From positions 17,980,001 through 18,044,000 of the forward strand of contig OX597836.1 in assembly GCA_951406725.2 (NCBI GenBank): a DNA stretch of 64,000 bases, written 5' to 3'. Every line of letters starts with the position of its first letter. The stretch's first letter is position 1. The stretch is from Octopus vulgaris. Taxonomy: Eukaryota. Below, piece by piece: positions 1 to 13,369 of the stretch. Below the pieces are notes generated by a model that did no database searches, had not been told where the DNA came from, and saw only the letters and a program-made list of their open reading frames with translations. Position numbers and translations under genes: made by a program.

Positions 1-1261
1 ATTAAAAAAACAAACAAACAAAAAAAACCAAGCACATTGATGTGGGTAATGAGGGAAATGGTTTATCTGAAAATGACGAGATGGTTACGGTTGAGATCTT
101 TTGGGTTATAAATTTCTGTTCAGTCAGGGATGGCTTAGAAGTATGCCTTAACAATCAGGCAGCTTTTAAATAAAAACGAGATTTTCATGAACTGATTTTT
201 TTTGCAAACAACTTTCCGATGCAAGTGTTGCCAGTTGAAAACTCTGCATACCAGATGCTACGAAGCTTATGGGGTCATCGGGAGAGAATGTGCGCCGTTT
301 CGGGGCCTTCCTCTCGAGATATGTCCCCGCTGGCTAGAACAACTGGTTACTAGTTTTTGCCCCATATTCTTTTAGCCATTGCTCATCGTCTCTTTTTTTA
401 ACCAAATTCACTGGCTTGCTTTCGTCTCTGTTGCCTTGATATCACTCATGTTGGTATTTGTTTTACTTTAAATTGAAAATGAATTTTTAATCGCATGATT
501 TTACGGTTTTCCAGAATAGATTTACAGAAATACAACTATGCAGGGAGTACTTGTTTAACACCAGGACAGTCCTAGTTGCGCATACGTATATTCAAATACA
601 TTTCAACCACGATCAGTTCCTTTTTCAAAAATTTACTTTAAATGTGTTTTCTGTTTAAGAAAAGTATAGCCGCAATTTGTAGCAAGTCAAGCAACTACAG
701 ACAATCTTGCCACTCTCATTCGTATTCATTCGTATTCACATATGATATCCTATGTGTCAAGAAGATATAGATAAAAATCATTCCTAAGACATAGAGACTC
801 ATAGGTACGGTTTTCCGGTTTCCATGGCATATATATTGCCCAAGCGGGGCTTAATAAGGTTGTGATTACGATTCCTGGACCGGGCGAAACACTTCATTTC
901 ACATATGATCTTGTGCAACTCACTTAATTTCACATTGCTCTAATTCACTCAGGTAGGGTCGGGGCGGAATATATAGCCACAGTATCTTGGAAGTCGGCCT
1001 TATCAGAGTATATGACTTGGGAAGGGTCGCTATGGTTATCCTCTACACACATAGCGCATAACTAATTCATAGGACACGTGGCTGATCTATGGTCTGACAC
1101 AATAACATATATTACTCACCGACTAAACCAAATCATCATTCAAAAGATTAGCTGAGTCCTTTTCCTTTCCTGTGTATCATATGTTATACATAGCACATAT
1201 TTCACCGACAGTTTATATATATATATATATATATATCTGGAACTAGTCGCCATGATAGATC

Positions 1262-1434
1262 GTTAGCCACTACACACATTTTTTTCTCTCCTTGTTTTTT
1301 TCTGTGTACCTTTCTGTAGAAGAGCGTAGGCTCGAAACGTAAAAGATTTTTTTTCTATTCCTGAGCGTTATACTAATACATCTGTTTGTTTTGTACACCA
1401 CATGTCTTCGTCTTTTGTTTGTTTCGTAAACTCT

Positions 1435-1437
<3 letters not shown>
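1262..1437 (+). mobile_element. Penelope-like terminal-repeat fragment with variant hammerhead-like motif, abutting (TA)n
   Basis: Same ~170-bp sequence recurs at 26215-26350 (+) and 33090-33265 (-); contains cttt-CTGTAGAA-gagc gtag gctc-GAAA-cg-TA-aaag at 1310-1345. PLE assignment is inferred from the motif. Confidence 0.55.

Positions 1438-1519
<82 letters not shown>
1438..1519. repeat. (TA)n microsatellite (one of dozens of TA-rich tracts)
   Basis: Pure TA run read directly. Confidence 0.98.
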
Positions 1520-1520
<1 letters not shown>

Positions 1521-2661
1521 TATATACTGATGTATATATGATATACGTACTCAGCTTTTTCGACTATCAGAGTAAGTCGTGCCTTATGAAAGAAAATCTT
1601 TCTGTTACACAGAACTTATGTAACAAGGGCTGAGTGAAAGCATGGATATTTAGGACAATCTTATGGAAATGATTTGGGCAGGCAAACGGTTAATATTGGC
1701 ACACTTCCACACAACACATTATTGTTTATTTGGCAAGCAAGCAAGGTAATGTGAAGCAATCGCTTACGTCAACCACCAGCCGTTTAACCAACAACAATAC
1801 ATACAAGAATTGTTGTTGCTATCGTTGTTGTGATAGTGGTTATTATGCTGATTGTTATGTGTGCTGTTGCTGTTGTGGTTATTGCTATTGTTGTTGTTGT
1901 TTTCGTTGTAGAAAGTACTAGAAATATAACTGCTTGGAAGACAATTATTTACGATTCTCAAAACATTTGGATTATCTCTTTCTCTCCTCCTGCGACCGCA
2001 CTTCTTCTTTGCTGTCGTTATAACGGGAGTCCTCTACCGATTCCACACTCCTGCAATCGTTTTTGGAAATAAATTCCTGTCGTGAAAGCAGAAACAAATA
2101 ACCATTAACCATAATTCTCACCGTAAATGGGGAATACAACAATTTAGCATTCCATTCTTCAGAATTCTTGTGATAATGATGCATAATATAAACATAATAC
2201 AGCAAACCTTGCAGAAGAATATAACCGATTTAATGGGTTTATATTGCTAATGACAAATTTCCTCCATGTTTTTCTTTTGATTCCTTAATTTTTTTCTACT
2301 ACTATAATTTGTGAACGATATCGGAGTTCGATATAGGTTTCCATTGGAGCAATCATAGGTTTGCTGAATTTCTGAATATGCGAATTAATACGTTTTACCG
2401 TTTACCTGTTTAAGTTAATGGATTGCGGCCATGCTGGGGCACCGCCTTCTAATTCGTGCGTTCATATGCCAGAAATCGGACGAGGGCTGTTACAGTGAAA
2501 GTCAAGAACCCTAAACATTAGACCACATGAGACCAATCATATAATTCGTGAGTGAGTCCTTGTAACTCGGTAAAATAATTCTTCGAAAGACATTATTGTT
2601 TGGCAATATGAATCGCAGAATACCCATACATACATACATACATACATATACGCGTATATGA

Positions 2662-2765
<104 letters not shown>

Positions 2766-2813
2766 GTGTGTGTGTGTGTGAATGTATTTATATATGTATG
2801 TATATATATACAC

Positions 2814-2845
<32 letters not shown>

Positions 2846-2864
2846 GTATATATATGTATATATA

Positions 2865-2923
<59 letters not shown>

Positions 2924-3487
2924 AGGAGTTTGTGTGTGTGTGTGTGTAAAGGGTGAGTTTGCTTAGGTTCATATGAAGGTGGAAAATGTTTTTCGACTTT
3001 TCGGAATTAAACCTTCTTCGTGGGATAAAGACATTATTCCACGCGTTAGTTTATTGGAGCATCAATATGACGGAGAATGTCAGGTAAAAATATAGAATAA
3101 TTTGTTGGGTATGGATGCAAAGAGATGGGGAGCAAAATTGAAGGCGAAAATGTTAAAGATGGAGAAAGGAAGATATAGACAGAGATCATGAGCGATAGTA
3201 GAGAAGTGAGCAAAGGTGTTTCCTCATGAACAGTGCCCGGCCCACGAATAGAAACCACGACCTTGCAATCATGAGCACAATAACAGACACACATAAACAC
3301 ACACAAACATAAATATATATGCGGCAGGCATCCACACACTTTCCGTGATTCAAATTTCACTCATGTGATATTAGTGAAGCCCAGCCCAGTCTAAAAACAA
3401 GTCCTCACCTGTCAAGCCTCCTCAGTTATATTGCAAATTCTATAATTCTGTGACAAGTAACCACTGACGTCAAGGTATGTTGAAAAT

Positions 3488-3660
3488 ACACCAATCGTTG
3501 TTGGTGCATTTACGTCCCCGTAACGTAGTGATTCGGCAGAAGAGACCGATAGAATAAGCACCAGGCTGACAAAGAATAAATCAAGGGGTCGATATCTTCG
3601 ACTAAAAGGCGTTGCTTCAGCATGGCCACAGTCAAATGACTGAACAAGTAAAAGAATAAA
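3488..3660 (+). mobile_element. SINE family A, 3' half
   Basis: Matches the 3' half of the full copy at 52359-52816 (tttacgtccccgt...ggggtcgat...cagcatggcc.cagtcaaatgactgaa.caagtaaaaga). Confidence 0.85.
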
Positions 3661-3690
3661 GGAATAGAAGAATCTATCTGTCTGTCTGTC

Positions 3691-3724
<34 letters not shown>

Positions 3725-4272
3725 AATGCACATGTCTGGTTTTCTAATTATGCTTCAATCTCTCTATCAATGTTTCCCTCTATCCATCTTTCTCTTAGTC
3801 CTATCAATCAATTTATCTCTCTGTCTGTCAGTCCGCCGGTCTGTCCCTCATTATGTATCTACCTCTGTTTGACTTTCTTCTTCTCTCTCTCTCTCTCTCT
3901 CTCAATTCTGTGTCTCTCATTATACATACCCGTACACAAACACCCCTCCTCATATACACACATGCACATGCGCATAACAATACGTCTACCAGTTCCAGAA
4001 TGTCCTGATCACAAGTATTTCAGGAAACATCTTCCTAATTTAGTCACGTGGTCGTTAGATCAGCTCCAGTAAACCAATTAAAGCGAAGAATTGTAACTTC
4101 ACAGGAAGTAAAACCGTTGGAACCTCAACATGATGCCGCTGGAAGTTTACCAAAAATATGATTAACGAGCTCCTATGTGCGGTGCACTCGGTTACTGGGC
4201 AAATATTAATTAATTATTATTGCAGTTATTATTACCATTAATTATCATGATGTGGTTAACCTCCTCCTCTTC

Positions 4273-4293
4273 TTCATCATCTTTATCATCATC

Positions 4294-4363
<70 letters not shown>

Positions 4364-4640
4364 CCATCGTCATCATCATCATTATCATCATCATTGCCAT
4401 CATCATCATCATCGTCATCATCATCATCATCGTCGTCATCATCATCATCATCGTCATCATCATCATCATCGTCGTCATCATCATCATCGTCATCATCATC
4501 ATCATCATCATCGCCATCATCATCATCATCGTCATCGTCATCATCATCATCATCATCATCATCGTCATCGTCATCGTCGTCATCATCATCATAATCGTCA
4601 TCATCATCGTCATCATCATCATCTTCATCATCATCATCAT
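4273..4640. repeat. (CAT)n/(CGT) trinucleotide microsatellite
   Basis: Direct reading; explains poly-S/I/M ORFs. Confidence 0.97.
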
Positions 4641-4752
4641 CAGAAGCAGAAGCAGAAGCAGCAGTGGTATGTATGGCCCGTTCGTTTACGGATCACAGAA
4701 TAATAAAAATAGAGAAACATGCATGCGAATGTGTGTGTATATATATATATGT

Positions 4753-4790
<38 letters not shown>

Positions 4791-4791
4791 G

Positions 4792-4873
<82 letters not shown>

Positions 4874-5033
4874 CGTGTGCGCACAATATGGTCGTCTGTA
4901 TGAGTGTGTATGCGTATGTGCATGTTTGTATAAATTTTGGAAAATTACCTATGCATGTGTAAGAATATATATACGATTATATTAATGTTTTATATAGAGA
5001 TACACACACACACGTAACGGCTATCCATGCCTG

Positions 5034-5070
<37 letters not shown>

Positions 5071-5371
5071 TTATCTATCTATCTATCCATACCTGTCTAT
5101 CTCTCTCTATATCTCTCTATCTATCTACCTATTTATCTATCTATCTGTCTGTCTATCTATCATTCTACATATTTCTGTATTGCTATATTGTGTCTGCTGT
5201 GTCTTTCATATTAAAACATTTTAGGTTGTCAAATCAACATTGTCAACTTCAGTCCTTTAACAAGTATTTTCAATTTCAGAATTAAATTTATGTCCTCAGT
5301 ACATTTCACTACTTGTTATTTATACGAATACAAAAATACATGCTCACATACACGTTCATATATCATCATCG

Positions 5372-5441
<70 letters not shown>

Positions 5442-5491
5442 CGTCGTCGTGATCATCATTTTCATCGTCATCATTGTCATCGTCGTCGTCG

Positions 5492-5527
<36 letters not shown>

Positions 5528-5641
5528 CCACCACCACCACCATCATCATCACCATGATGATGATGATGATCATCATCATCATCATTATTATCATTATCAT
5601 TATCATTATTATTATATATATATATGATATAGGTGTATATA

Positions 5642-5733
<92 letters not shown>

Positions 5734-6393
5734 AACACATACACAGCCGCAGACACACACACACATATACACGCAATAACTTCTATTGATTCGCACATGG
5801 AAATACGTACATATGTATGATGCATGTGAGTGTGTGTATGTGTATATGTAAAATGAGTGTATGTGTGTAATTTATTCCAAATTAAACATGACTACTTTAC
5901 TTTAGCCTCGCGCATCGACAGAAAACTGTTGATAATTTTTACTTTCTTTCATAATATTTCTTTTTTGTTTTCTCTTTTATACACATTTATACTTGATTTA
6001 TTTTTTTAAAAAATACTTTCTGACATCGAACATTTTAAGAAAAATAACAAAGCTATGTCGTATTAAAATCCTATTGTTATTGCGTTCGCATTTCCGTATG
6101 ACTGCATTCATAAAATGCTTCAAACTCAACAGAAATACTCCTTCAATACCAATTACAGCTAACCGGATGAACTGGAGGCAACGTGTATATAAGTATATTT
6201 ATTTGACAAACTACATTCAATATAGCCGGGGAAAATGATTCGAAAAACGGATATTTCTTGTTAATCTGTTGTGAACTCAATCTTTTTAGTACAGAAAAGG
6301 AGGAAAAAAGCAATGATATCGTCTTTTATGATTCACTGATACAGCGACTGTCTGCAGACAGTCAAACACTGGAACGGTTGATAAGCGAGAATT

Positions 6394-6768
6394 GGAATGG
6401 AAGCACTCCGTCGGTTACGACGACGAGGGTTCCGGTTGATCCGAATCAACGGAAAATAACGTGTAAGTGGCTGAGCACTCCACAGACACGTGTACCCTTA
6501 ACGTAGTTCTCGGAGATATTCAGCGTGACACAGAGAGTGACAAGGCCGGCCCTTCGAAATACAAGGTACAACAGAAACAGGAAGTAAGAGTGAGAGAAAG
6601 TTGTAGTGAAGGAGTACAGCAGGGATCACCACCATCCCCTGCCGGAGCCTCGTGAAGCTTTAGGTGTTTTCGCTCAATAAACACTCACAACGCCCGGTCT
6701 GGGAATCGAAACCGCGATCCTATGACCGCGAGTCCGCTGCCCTAACCACTAGGCCATTGCGCCTCCAC
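6394..6768 (-). mobile_element. tRNA-derived SINE family C, near full length, 12-bp TSD
   Basis: Reverse complement of 26971-27358 with a short internal deletion; TSD TAAGCGAGAATT at 6382-6393 and 6769-6780; A/B-box head. Confidence 0.92.
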
Positions 6769-6984
6769 TAAGCGAGAATTAATACTCGTTGTAAAGGAGA
6801 AGCTGTTATCCTGTGAGGGACGTAACAGCGATTAGCATATTTGGGCTCGAATCTGCCGGAATGGATTAGGGATGAAGATACAAATTATCGTTTCGAATTT
6901 TAAGGGCTTTTCTAACGGTTGGCAAACATGAGCAAGGATCGGCTAATAGTTTCTTTGGTAAAAATTACAAATAAGAACCAGACG

Positions 6985-7120
6985 TGATTCCGTGGTAAGA
7001 AGTTTGTTTCCAAACCATACGGTCCCACTTTCTATTCCACTGCCTGGCACCTTGGACAGTATCTTTGGCCGATCAGAACCTTTTGAATGGATTTATTAAA
7101 CGGAAAGTGAAAGAAGCAGG

Positions 7121-7156
<36 letters not shown>

Positions 7157-7860
7157 GCGTGTGTGTGTGTGTGTATAAACATGTGTCCGTGTATCTGTGT
7201 GTTCTTCATCACCGTTCAACAAACGGTGATGGTGTGTTTACGTTCCCATAATCTACCTGTTTATCAAAAGAAGACGATAGAATAAGTACCAAACCTTAAA
7301 AAAAGTACTGGGGTCGACGTGTTCGACTAAAATTCTTCAAGGTGGTGCCCCAGCATGGATACGGTCTAATGACTGAAACAAACAACAGATTAAACAAAGC
7401 TCACTAGCTCAATTTTGGTTCATTATTCCGGGTACGCCAGGATGACGAGCCACGTTTAGTTAGGTTTAAATGTTTGGGACTTTTATAAGGCCCAGACTTA
7501 TAAAAACGTACTGGTGTCCTTTGTTTTGGCGAGAAAAAAAAACTTCGAGGCGGTGCTCCAGCATGGCTGTAGTTCAGTGACTACATCAATATCATAGGTC
7601 GATTAAGTACCAAGACTTTAACAATAAATAATTGGCATGGGGTGGAGTGGATTTGTTCGACTAAAAACAAATTTCTTCAAAGAGGGTGCTCTAGCATGGC
7701 CGCAGTCAAATGATTCAAACAAAGACATCGATGAAGTAAGCACCTTTGAAAATTAGTACACCTGGGTCTGTACGCTCGACTAACAAAAAAATAAATAAAT
7801 AAAACCTTCAATGTGTTGCTCCAGCGTGGCTGCAGTTCAAAGACTAAAACAATAAAAAAA
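6985..7860 (+). mobile_element. Diverged SINE family A followed by three tandem family-A 3' ends
   Basis: Head gtggtaagaagtttg..., internal (GT)n, then repeated ...tgctccagc(a/g)tggc..cagt... modules near 7350, 7560, 7690 and 7820. Confidence 0.75.
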
Positions 7861-9068
7861 AAAGATAATATACATCACAGTCATAAACGGCGGTCATTGG
7901 AATTGCAAGAAACCCTCCTTACTCAAATATAAGAAGAAATAAAAATAAGATATTGGCAGAGTGCCCTCATCAGAGGAAGTCGTTATTTCTCTTACGTTTC
8001 CGTCAATATCGTTTCATTGACTCCATATTTTGGTCTACTCGAAAAACCTAACAAAACTTGGTAATATCAGTACAGTTCTATAATAGAGTTTGCTTTTGGC
8101 ATTGGATTCCATCATTACCAAAGTCGAAGACTTTGTGTTGTAATCTCCTGGGAACTTTCCAAGTTGTCTCATTAGTGACAATTCGAGAGTTTATTATGGG
8201 TCTCTTAAGAAGCCTGGGAAATTCTAGCGGGAATTTTTTCATTCTTCATATCATTATTATTTGTCAATCATTCTCGCAGAGAGATTCTTTACAAGAATAT
8301 TTTAATTGTTGTGTCTGTAATATTTCCTATGGTTGTTGTTGCTGTTGTTGCTGTTGTTTCCTTTCCAGGTCAACCGTAATAGGTTTGATCAGTCTACGTA
8401 TTTGTCATGCCTATCTAAGAGTACATTTGAAAATGTATTCGCGTTAGATATTTTCAACTTTACAAGGCACGATTTTAATTTGAGTGAGATTCGGTTGCTA
8501 TTTCTTTCTAAGTAGGGGTTCTTAAACATTTGTTGCGTTTGTCGAGAGACAAAAGATCGAAGAGATTCCATACGAGACCATCACGCCTTTCCATACATAT
8601 ATAACTCTATCACTGTAGTATCCAAACTATCAGATTTAATAAACCGTTGGTCCAAATGTGCATCAAACTCTCTCTTGACTGCGCCCTACTTTTTCACCTT
8701 GGCTCAAACCGTTTAACGAAATCTCGCTATTGTCGTGAAGGTCTTCCGAGTGACATTTTCCAATCACTTAGATGCCACTTAGCAACTGCACGGCTCCCTT
8801 TGTTCTCTGTGAACATTGCAATATATCCGGCCCAGCAAAACTACATACTACTTTGGTATTCAGTGAAAAAGTCGTTTACGCCACTTCGTTCTCGAATTAG
8901 CCTGACATCGGATACGGCTTCGCAACAATATTCCTAGAAGAGATATTTTCTATGGCCCTTCGCAGCGTGGCCAGTCAATGATCTTACCTCGTTTTTATTG
9001 CCCACGTCTAACTTGCGTTTAAAAGTGCATGTAGGACAGTGCTATCGAAGAATATGATACGTAGGTAA

Positions 9069-9260
9069 TATGAGGGGGTGCTAAACAGTTCTTGACTTTA
9101 AGGGTGTTACGAAAGGCCAGGCTGGAGGTTCAATCTTCTGAGTGCTTTTAGAGGACGTAGAAAAAATGAAAGACAGTTGCAATAAGTATATGAACCTGTG
9201 AGGGGAATATTTTGAATAAAATGATAATTACCTGATCCTCCTGTATTTTCTTTTACACAG
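9069..9260 (+). mobile_element. Mariner/Tc1-derived MITE remnant
   Basis: TA-tgagggggtgctaaacagttc terminus and a residual transposase-like C-terminus CNKYMNL*GEYFE*; second copy inverted at 62149-62362. Confidence 0.65.
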
Positions 9261-9511
9261 GCGGATATTCTACGTCTGGATACTCTTCCTGTTGCTAACC
9301 TTCACCCGTTTCCAAACAATGTCAATATTGCCCAATGGCCATACATGTCCTCGTCGAATATTTCAAAAGATACCAACTTGTATAACAGTGAAAATCATTT
9401 TACAACTATCACATGATGACACGGCAAGGGCATACAATCACATAGACACATAACTTTGCATACATACATACATAGACACAAAGATACATACTCTTATGCA
9501 CACACAAGTAT

Positions 9512-9813
9512 AGGCCTGGCTGTGTGATAAGACGTTTACTTCCCAACCACAAAGTTCTGGGTTCAATCCTTTTGCATGCACATTGGGCTACTTTTTTCTA
9601 CTGCCCACCAAAGCCTTGTGAGGGGATTTGATAGATAGAAATCGAAAGACGACGTCCGTCGTGTGTAAATATATATATATATATTCATAAATGAGGGTGA
9701 AAAATTTGATATTAATTTAATAATACCATCAATTTAACACCAAGTGGCTTGGGATAGCGGATCTATTTTTAGCACTAGAGTAGACCACATAGTGGTCGTT
9801 CTCTTATATTTAC

Positions 9814-9887
<74 letters not shown>

Positions 9888-10112
9888 TTCTCTGTGTGTG
9901 TATGCGTATGTGTTTGTGTGCTTGTGTGTCTGTTTGACCCTCAGCACCGCCTGACAACTGGTGTTCTGTTTATGTCTCCATAAATTAGATGTTCGGCAAA
10001 AGAACCCGATAGAATACGTAAAACACTTAAAAATGAATAAGTGGTGGGTCGATTCGTTTAAATTAAATTCTTCAAAGCGGGTCCCCGCATGGCCGCAGTC
10101 AATAATTAGTGA
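9512..10112 (+). mobile_element. SINE family A with an insertion in its central microsatellite
   Basis: Head tggctgtgtgataag...gggttcaatcc, core aaagccttgtgag.ggattt, 3' end gcatggccgcagtc; unrelated ~130 bp at 9686-9812. Confidence 0.75.
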
Positions 10113-10302
10113 CACATGTAAAAGATAAAAGATATATATAAATAGATATATATTGATAAAAATGGTAAGATAACAAAAGAATGGAAGAGACCTCGATATT
10201 ATGTAAATAGAGGAATTTATCTCTAAATGTAATATGTGACAATTATTCAGTAGCCGAAACTCAGAGTTTTGTCATGGCTACCGAATAATTGTCACATATT
10301 AC

Positions 10303-10385
<83 letters not shown>

Positions 10386-10904
10386 TATATATATATATAT
10401 ATATGCACACAACAGGCTTCCTTTAGTTTTCTCACATCAAATCCATCCACAAGACTTTGGTCGGCCTGGGGGTGTAGTAGAAGAGGCAACGCATCGGGAC
10501 TGAATCCGGAATTGTGTGGTTGGCAATCAAGCTCTTCATGACACAAAACCTGCAAGATACGTACGGGATTTGAACTCAGATCGTAGTGAGTCGTAAGAAA
10601 TACCGCTAAGCAATTTTCCTTTTATTTTTTTTTCGTCCAACTCGCCGCATTTCAGAACACATGTATAAATAGCTATAGAGAGATAAAAAAAAATGACGGT
10701 TTGCGAAAGCAATCTTATGCATTTATATACCGAAGATTTCGTTAAAGCATCATTGTATAAAGTTAGCAAGATAAACTTCGACTCATTACGAATACCACGG
10801 GTCGTATCAGTTCATTGGCTGGCAGCCATATTTTATTTTCAAAACGTTAAATTGCGATGCGAAAAAGCAATAAAAAAAAAGATAAAGAAAATAATAATAA
10901 TAAC

Positions 10905-10978
<74 letters not shown>

Positions 10979-11397
10979 TGTAACTAAATATAATGCTCCG
11001 CTAATGATGTGTTTCCTTGATGGATCAGGATTGTTAATTTAAGTTGATATAAATGCATTTATAAATAATTCTTCCTGAACTCCTAGTGAGTACAAGTTAA
11101 TATCTGTGTTTAGGTTATGTATTTCTGCTGCTATTTAATGGATTTTTGTACTAACCATCAACAGGGAAAGTGTGTGTGCGAATGCATGTGTACATGTGCG
11201 TGCATGTGTGTAATTTCAAACTGCCATTATATTTATTACTAGATAATATATTATATTATATTACAATATGCTATTTTATATTAAATTGTTACATTTAATT
11301 ATATCAGATCGAGTTATATCATATTAATGGCTGCAGTTCAATGACTGAAAAAAGTAAAAGAATTAACAAAATATCATATTGTATTACATTATATCAA

Positions 11398-12030
11398 GGC
11401 GGCGAGTTGGCAGACTCGTTAGCATGTCGGGCGAAATGCTTAGCAGTATTTCCTCTGCCGCTACGTTCTGAGTTCAAATTCCACCGAGGTCAACTTTGCC
11501 TTTCATCCTTTCGGGGTCGATTAAATAAGTACTAGTTACGCACTGGGGCCGATACAATCGACATATTCCGTTTGTCTCTCCTTGTTTATCTTCTCTGTGT
11601 TTAGCCCCTTGTGGGCAGTAAAGAGATAGGTATTTCGTACGTTTTCAAGTTCAAATTCCGCCGAGATCGACTATGACTTTCATCCTTTCCGGGTCGACAT
11701 AATAAGTACCATTTGATCACTGTGGCCGATATAATTGACTCGTCCCCTCCCCCAGAATTGAGCTAAAATTTGAAGTCGTTATATTACATTATATTAGATG
11801 TGTGTTTAACTGACCAGAATTTTCAGTGTGTCGGACAAAAAACTTAGCGGTATTTCGTCTGCCGTTACTTTCTGAGTTCAAATTTCGCCGAGGTCGACTT
11901 TGCCTTTCATCCTTTCGGTGTCAATAACTTAAGTACCAGTTACGCACTGGCGTCGATATAATCGACTTAATCCGTCTGTCTGTCCTTGTTTCTCTCCTCT
12001 GTGTTTAGCCCCTTGTGGGTAGTAGAGACG
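11398..12030 (+). mobile_element. Cluster of three tRNA-derived SINE family B copies
   Basis: ggcggcgagttggcag head, gagttcaaattcc B-box, ctttcatcctttcggggtcga core, agccccttgtggg tail; matches 53673-53904. Confidence 0.88.
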
Positions 12031-12194
12031 TTCTTTGACGCTATTGGTTGTTCTCTAGTACAAGGAAGCGTAAAAGTAATTATCAAACTTTGTCTGGACA
12101 CTCTGTAACAACTAGATAAGCTACTGAGATTAATTTAATCGAGGATAGAGAAAAGACCTTGAAGGTTGTGAACTAGTACAGTAATTTTTGAAGT

Positions 12195-12592
12195 TTAGGC
12201 GGCAAAGGGCCAGCCATTTTCCAGGGAAAATCAAGTCAATTAGATCGACCTAAGTTTCTGAGAACAGGCAAAGTCAACTTTGGCGGAATTTTAGCTAAGA
12301 ACTTAGACATCCGGAAGAAATGTTGCTAAGCAGTTTGTTTAATGTGCTAACCATTGTGCCATTGGCATTGTATTAGGGTTTCTAATTTTGACAACAGGCC
12401 AGCAATTTTGAGCAGATGGAGTTAAATCAATTACATGGAGACCAGCCTTGATGATGCTGTATCTTATCGCCTCCGAAATTCTGAAAAACAAAATTCATCA
12501 TAAAGGAATTAGAACTCAGAGCGTAAGGTGCCAGAGGATATGCCACTGAGTAGTTTGCCTAACGCGGTACCAATTCTATCAGCTCACCACCT
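12195..12592 (-). mobile_element. Two diverged SINE family B copies
   Basis: ggcaaagtcaactttggcggaatt and ggaattagaactcaga...agctcaccacc are reverse complements of family B. Confidence 0.65.
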
Positions 12593-12785
12593 TCGCGCGA
12601 CCAATAAATGAATATTACAAACAATAGATAACCATTTGTATTTTATTTAAGACATAACAGGAAATTTAATAATGGAATGTCCAGTGAATAGAGTTATCAA
12701 ATTATGTCTATAGAAAATATTTTCTTTCTTATGGAACTTGTTTATCAATTTTGTTCTTGCGATAGACAGAAAATATTTTTGTTTC

Positions 12786-12841
<56 letters not shown>

Positions 12842-12939
12842 AAGAAGAAGAAAAATAATAAAGTACTGCGTAGGTTACATAACAACATCAAGTTTTCTTC
12901 TATTTTGTGTCTTAAAACATTCGCCCACTCACCCCTTCC

Positions 12940-12940
<1 letters not shown>

Positions 12941-13016
<76 letters not shown>

Positions 13017-13061
13017 CATCCATCCATCTATCTATCTATTTATCTATCTATCCATCCATCC

Positions 13062-13123
<62 letters not shown>

Positions 13124-13140
13124 TTATCTATCTATCTATC
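12941..13140. repeat. (TATC)n/(TCCA)n tetranucleotide microsatellite
   Basis: Direct reading; similar tracts near 22095, 22580, 58983 and 63440. Confidence 0.97.
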
Positions 13141-13369
13141 CCTCTACTTCCTTACCTACCTATTCCCACCTCTCTTTCTCTCGTGACCTACATTTTCTGT
13201 CTAAAAGCAATTTACACTGTTCTGCATTTTTAGATTCTGTTGACAGCGAATTGGTTGATCCGATAGAATATGGAATAGAATACTGTGCGCTATTTGTTAC
13301 GTCAGGGATTTGGAAAAATCGTTAGTTTCCAAAAAATACTCAACGCTGCACATGTTGTGGTCATCTAAT

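Noticed and set aside
1972-2205. Minus-strand ORF with an apparent GT-AG intron (2077-2121) and a good acceptor
   Set aside because: The intron would be only 45 nt and in frame, and the peptide is unrecognised; insufficient support
7955-7980. CTGATGAG on the minus strand (also CTGATGAA near 27975 and a remnant near 36200-36230)
   Set aside because: GAAA and/or stem II are missing or deleted; at best dead hammerhead remnants
8090-8960. Possible decayed R4-like LINE on the minus strand (WKVP, GNDGIQ, RQ..MFKN)
   Set aside because: Motifs are too short and scattered to call
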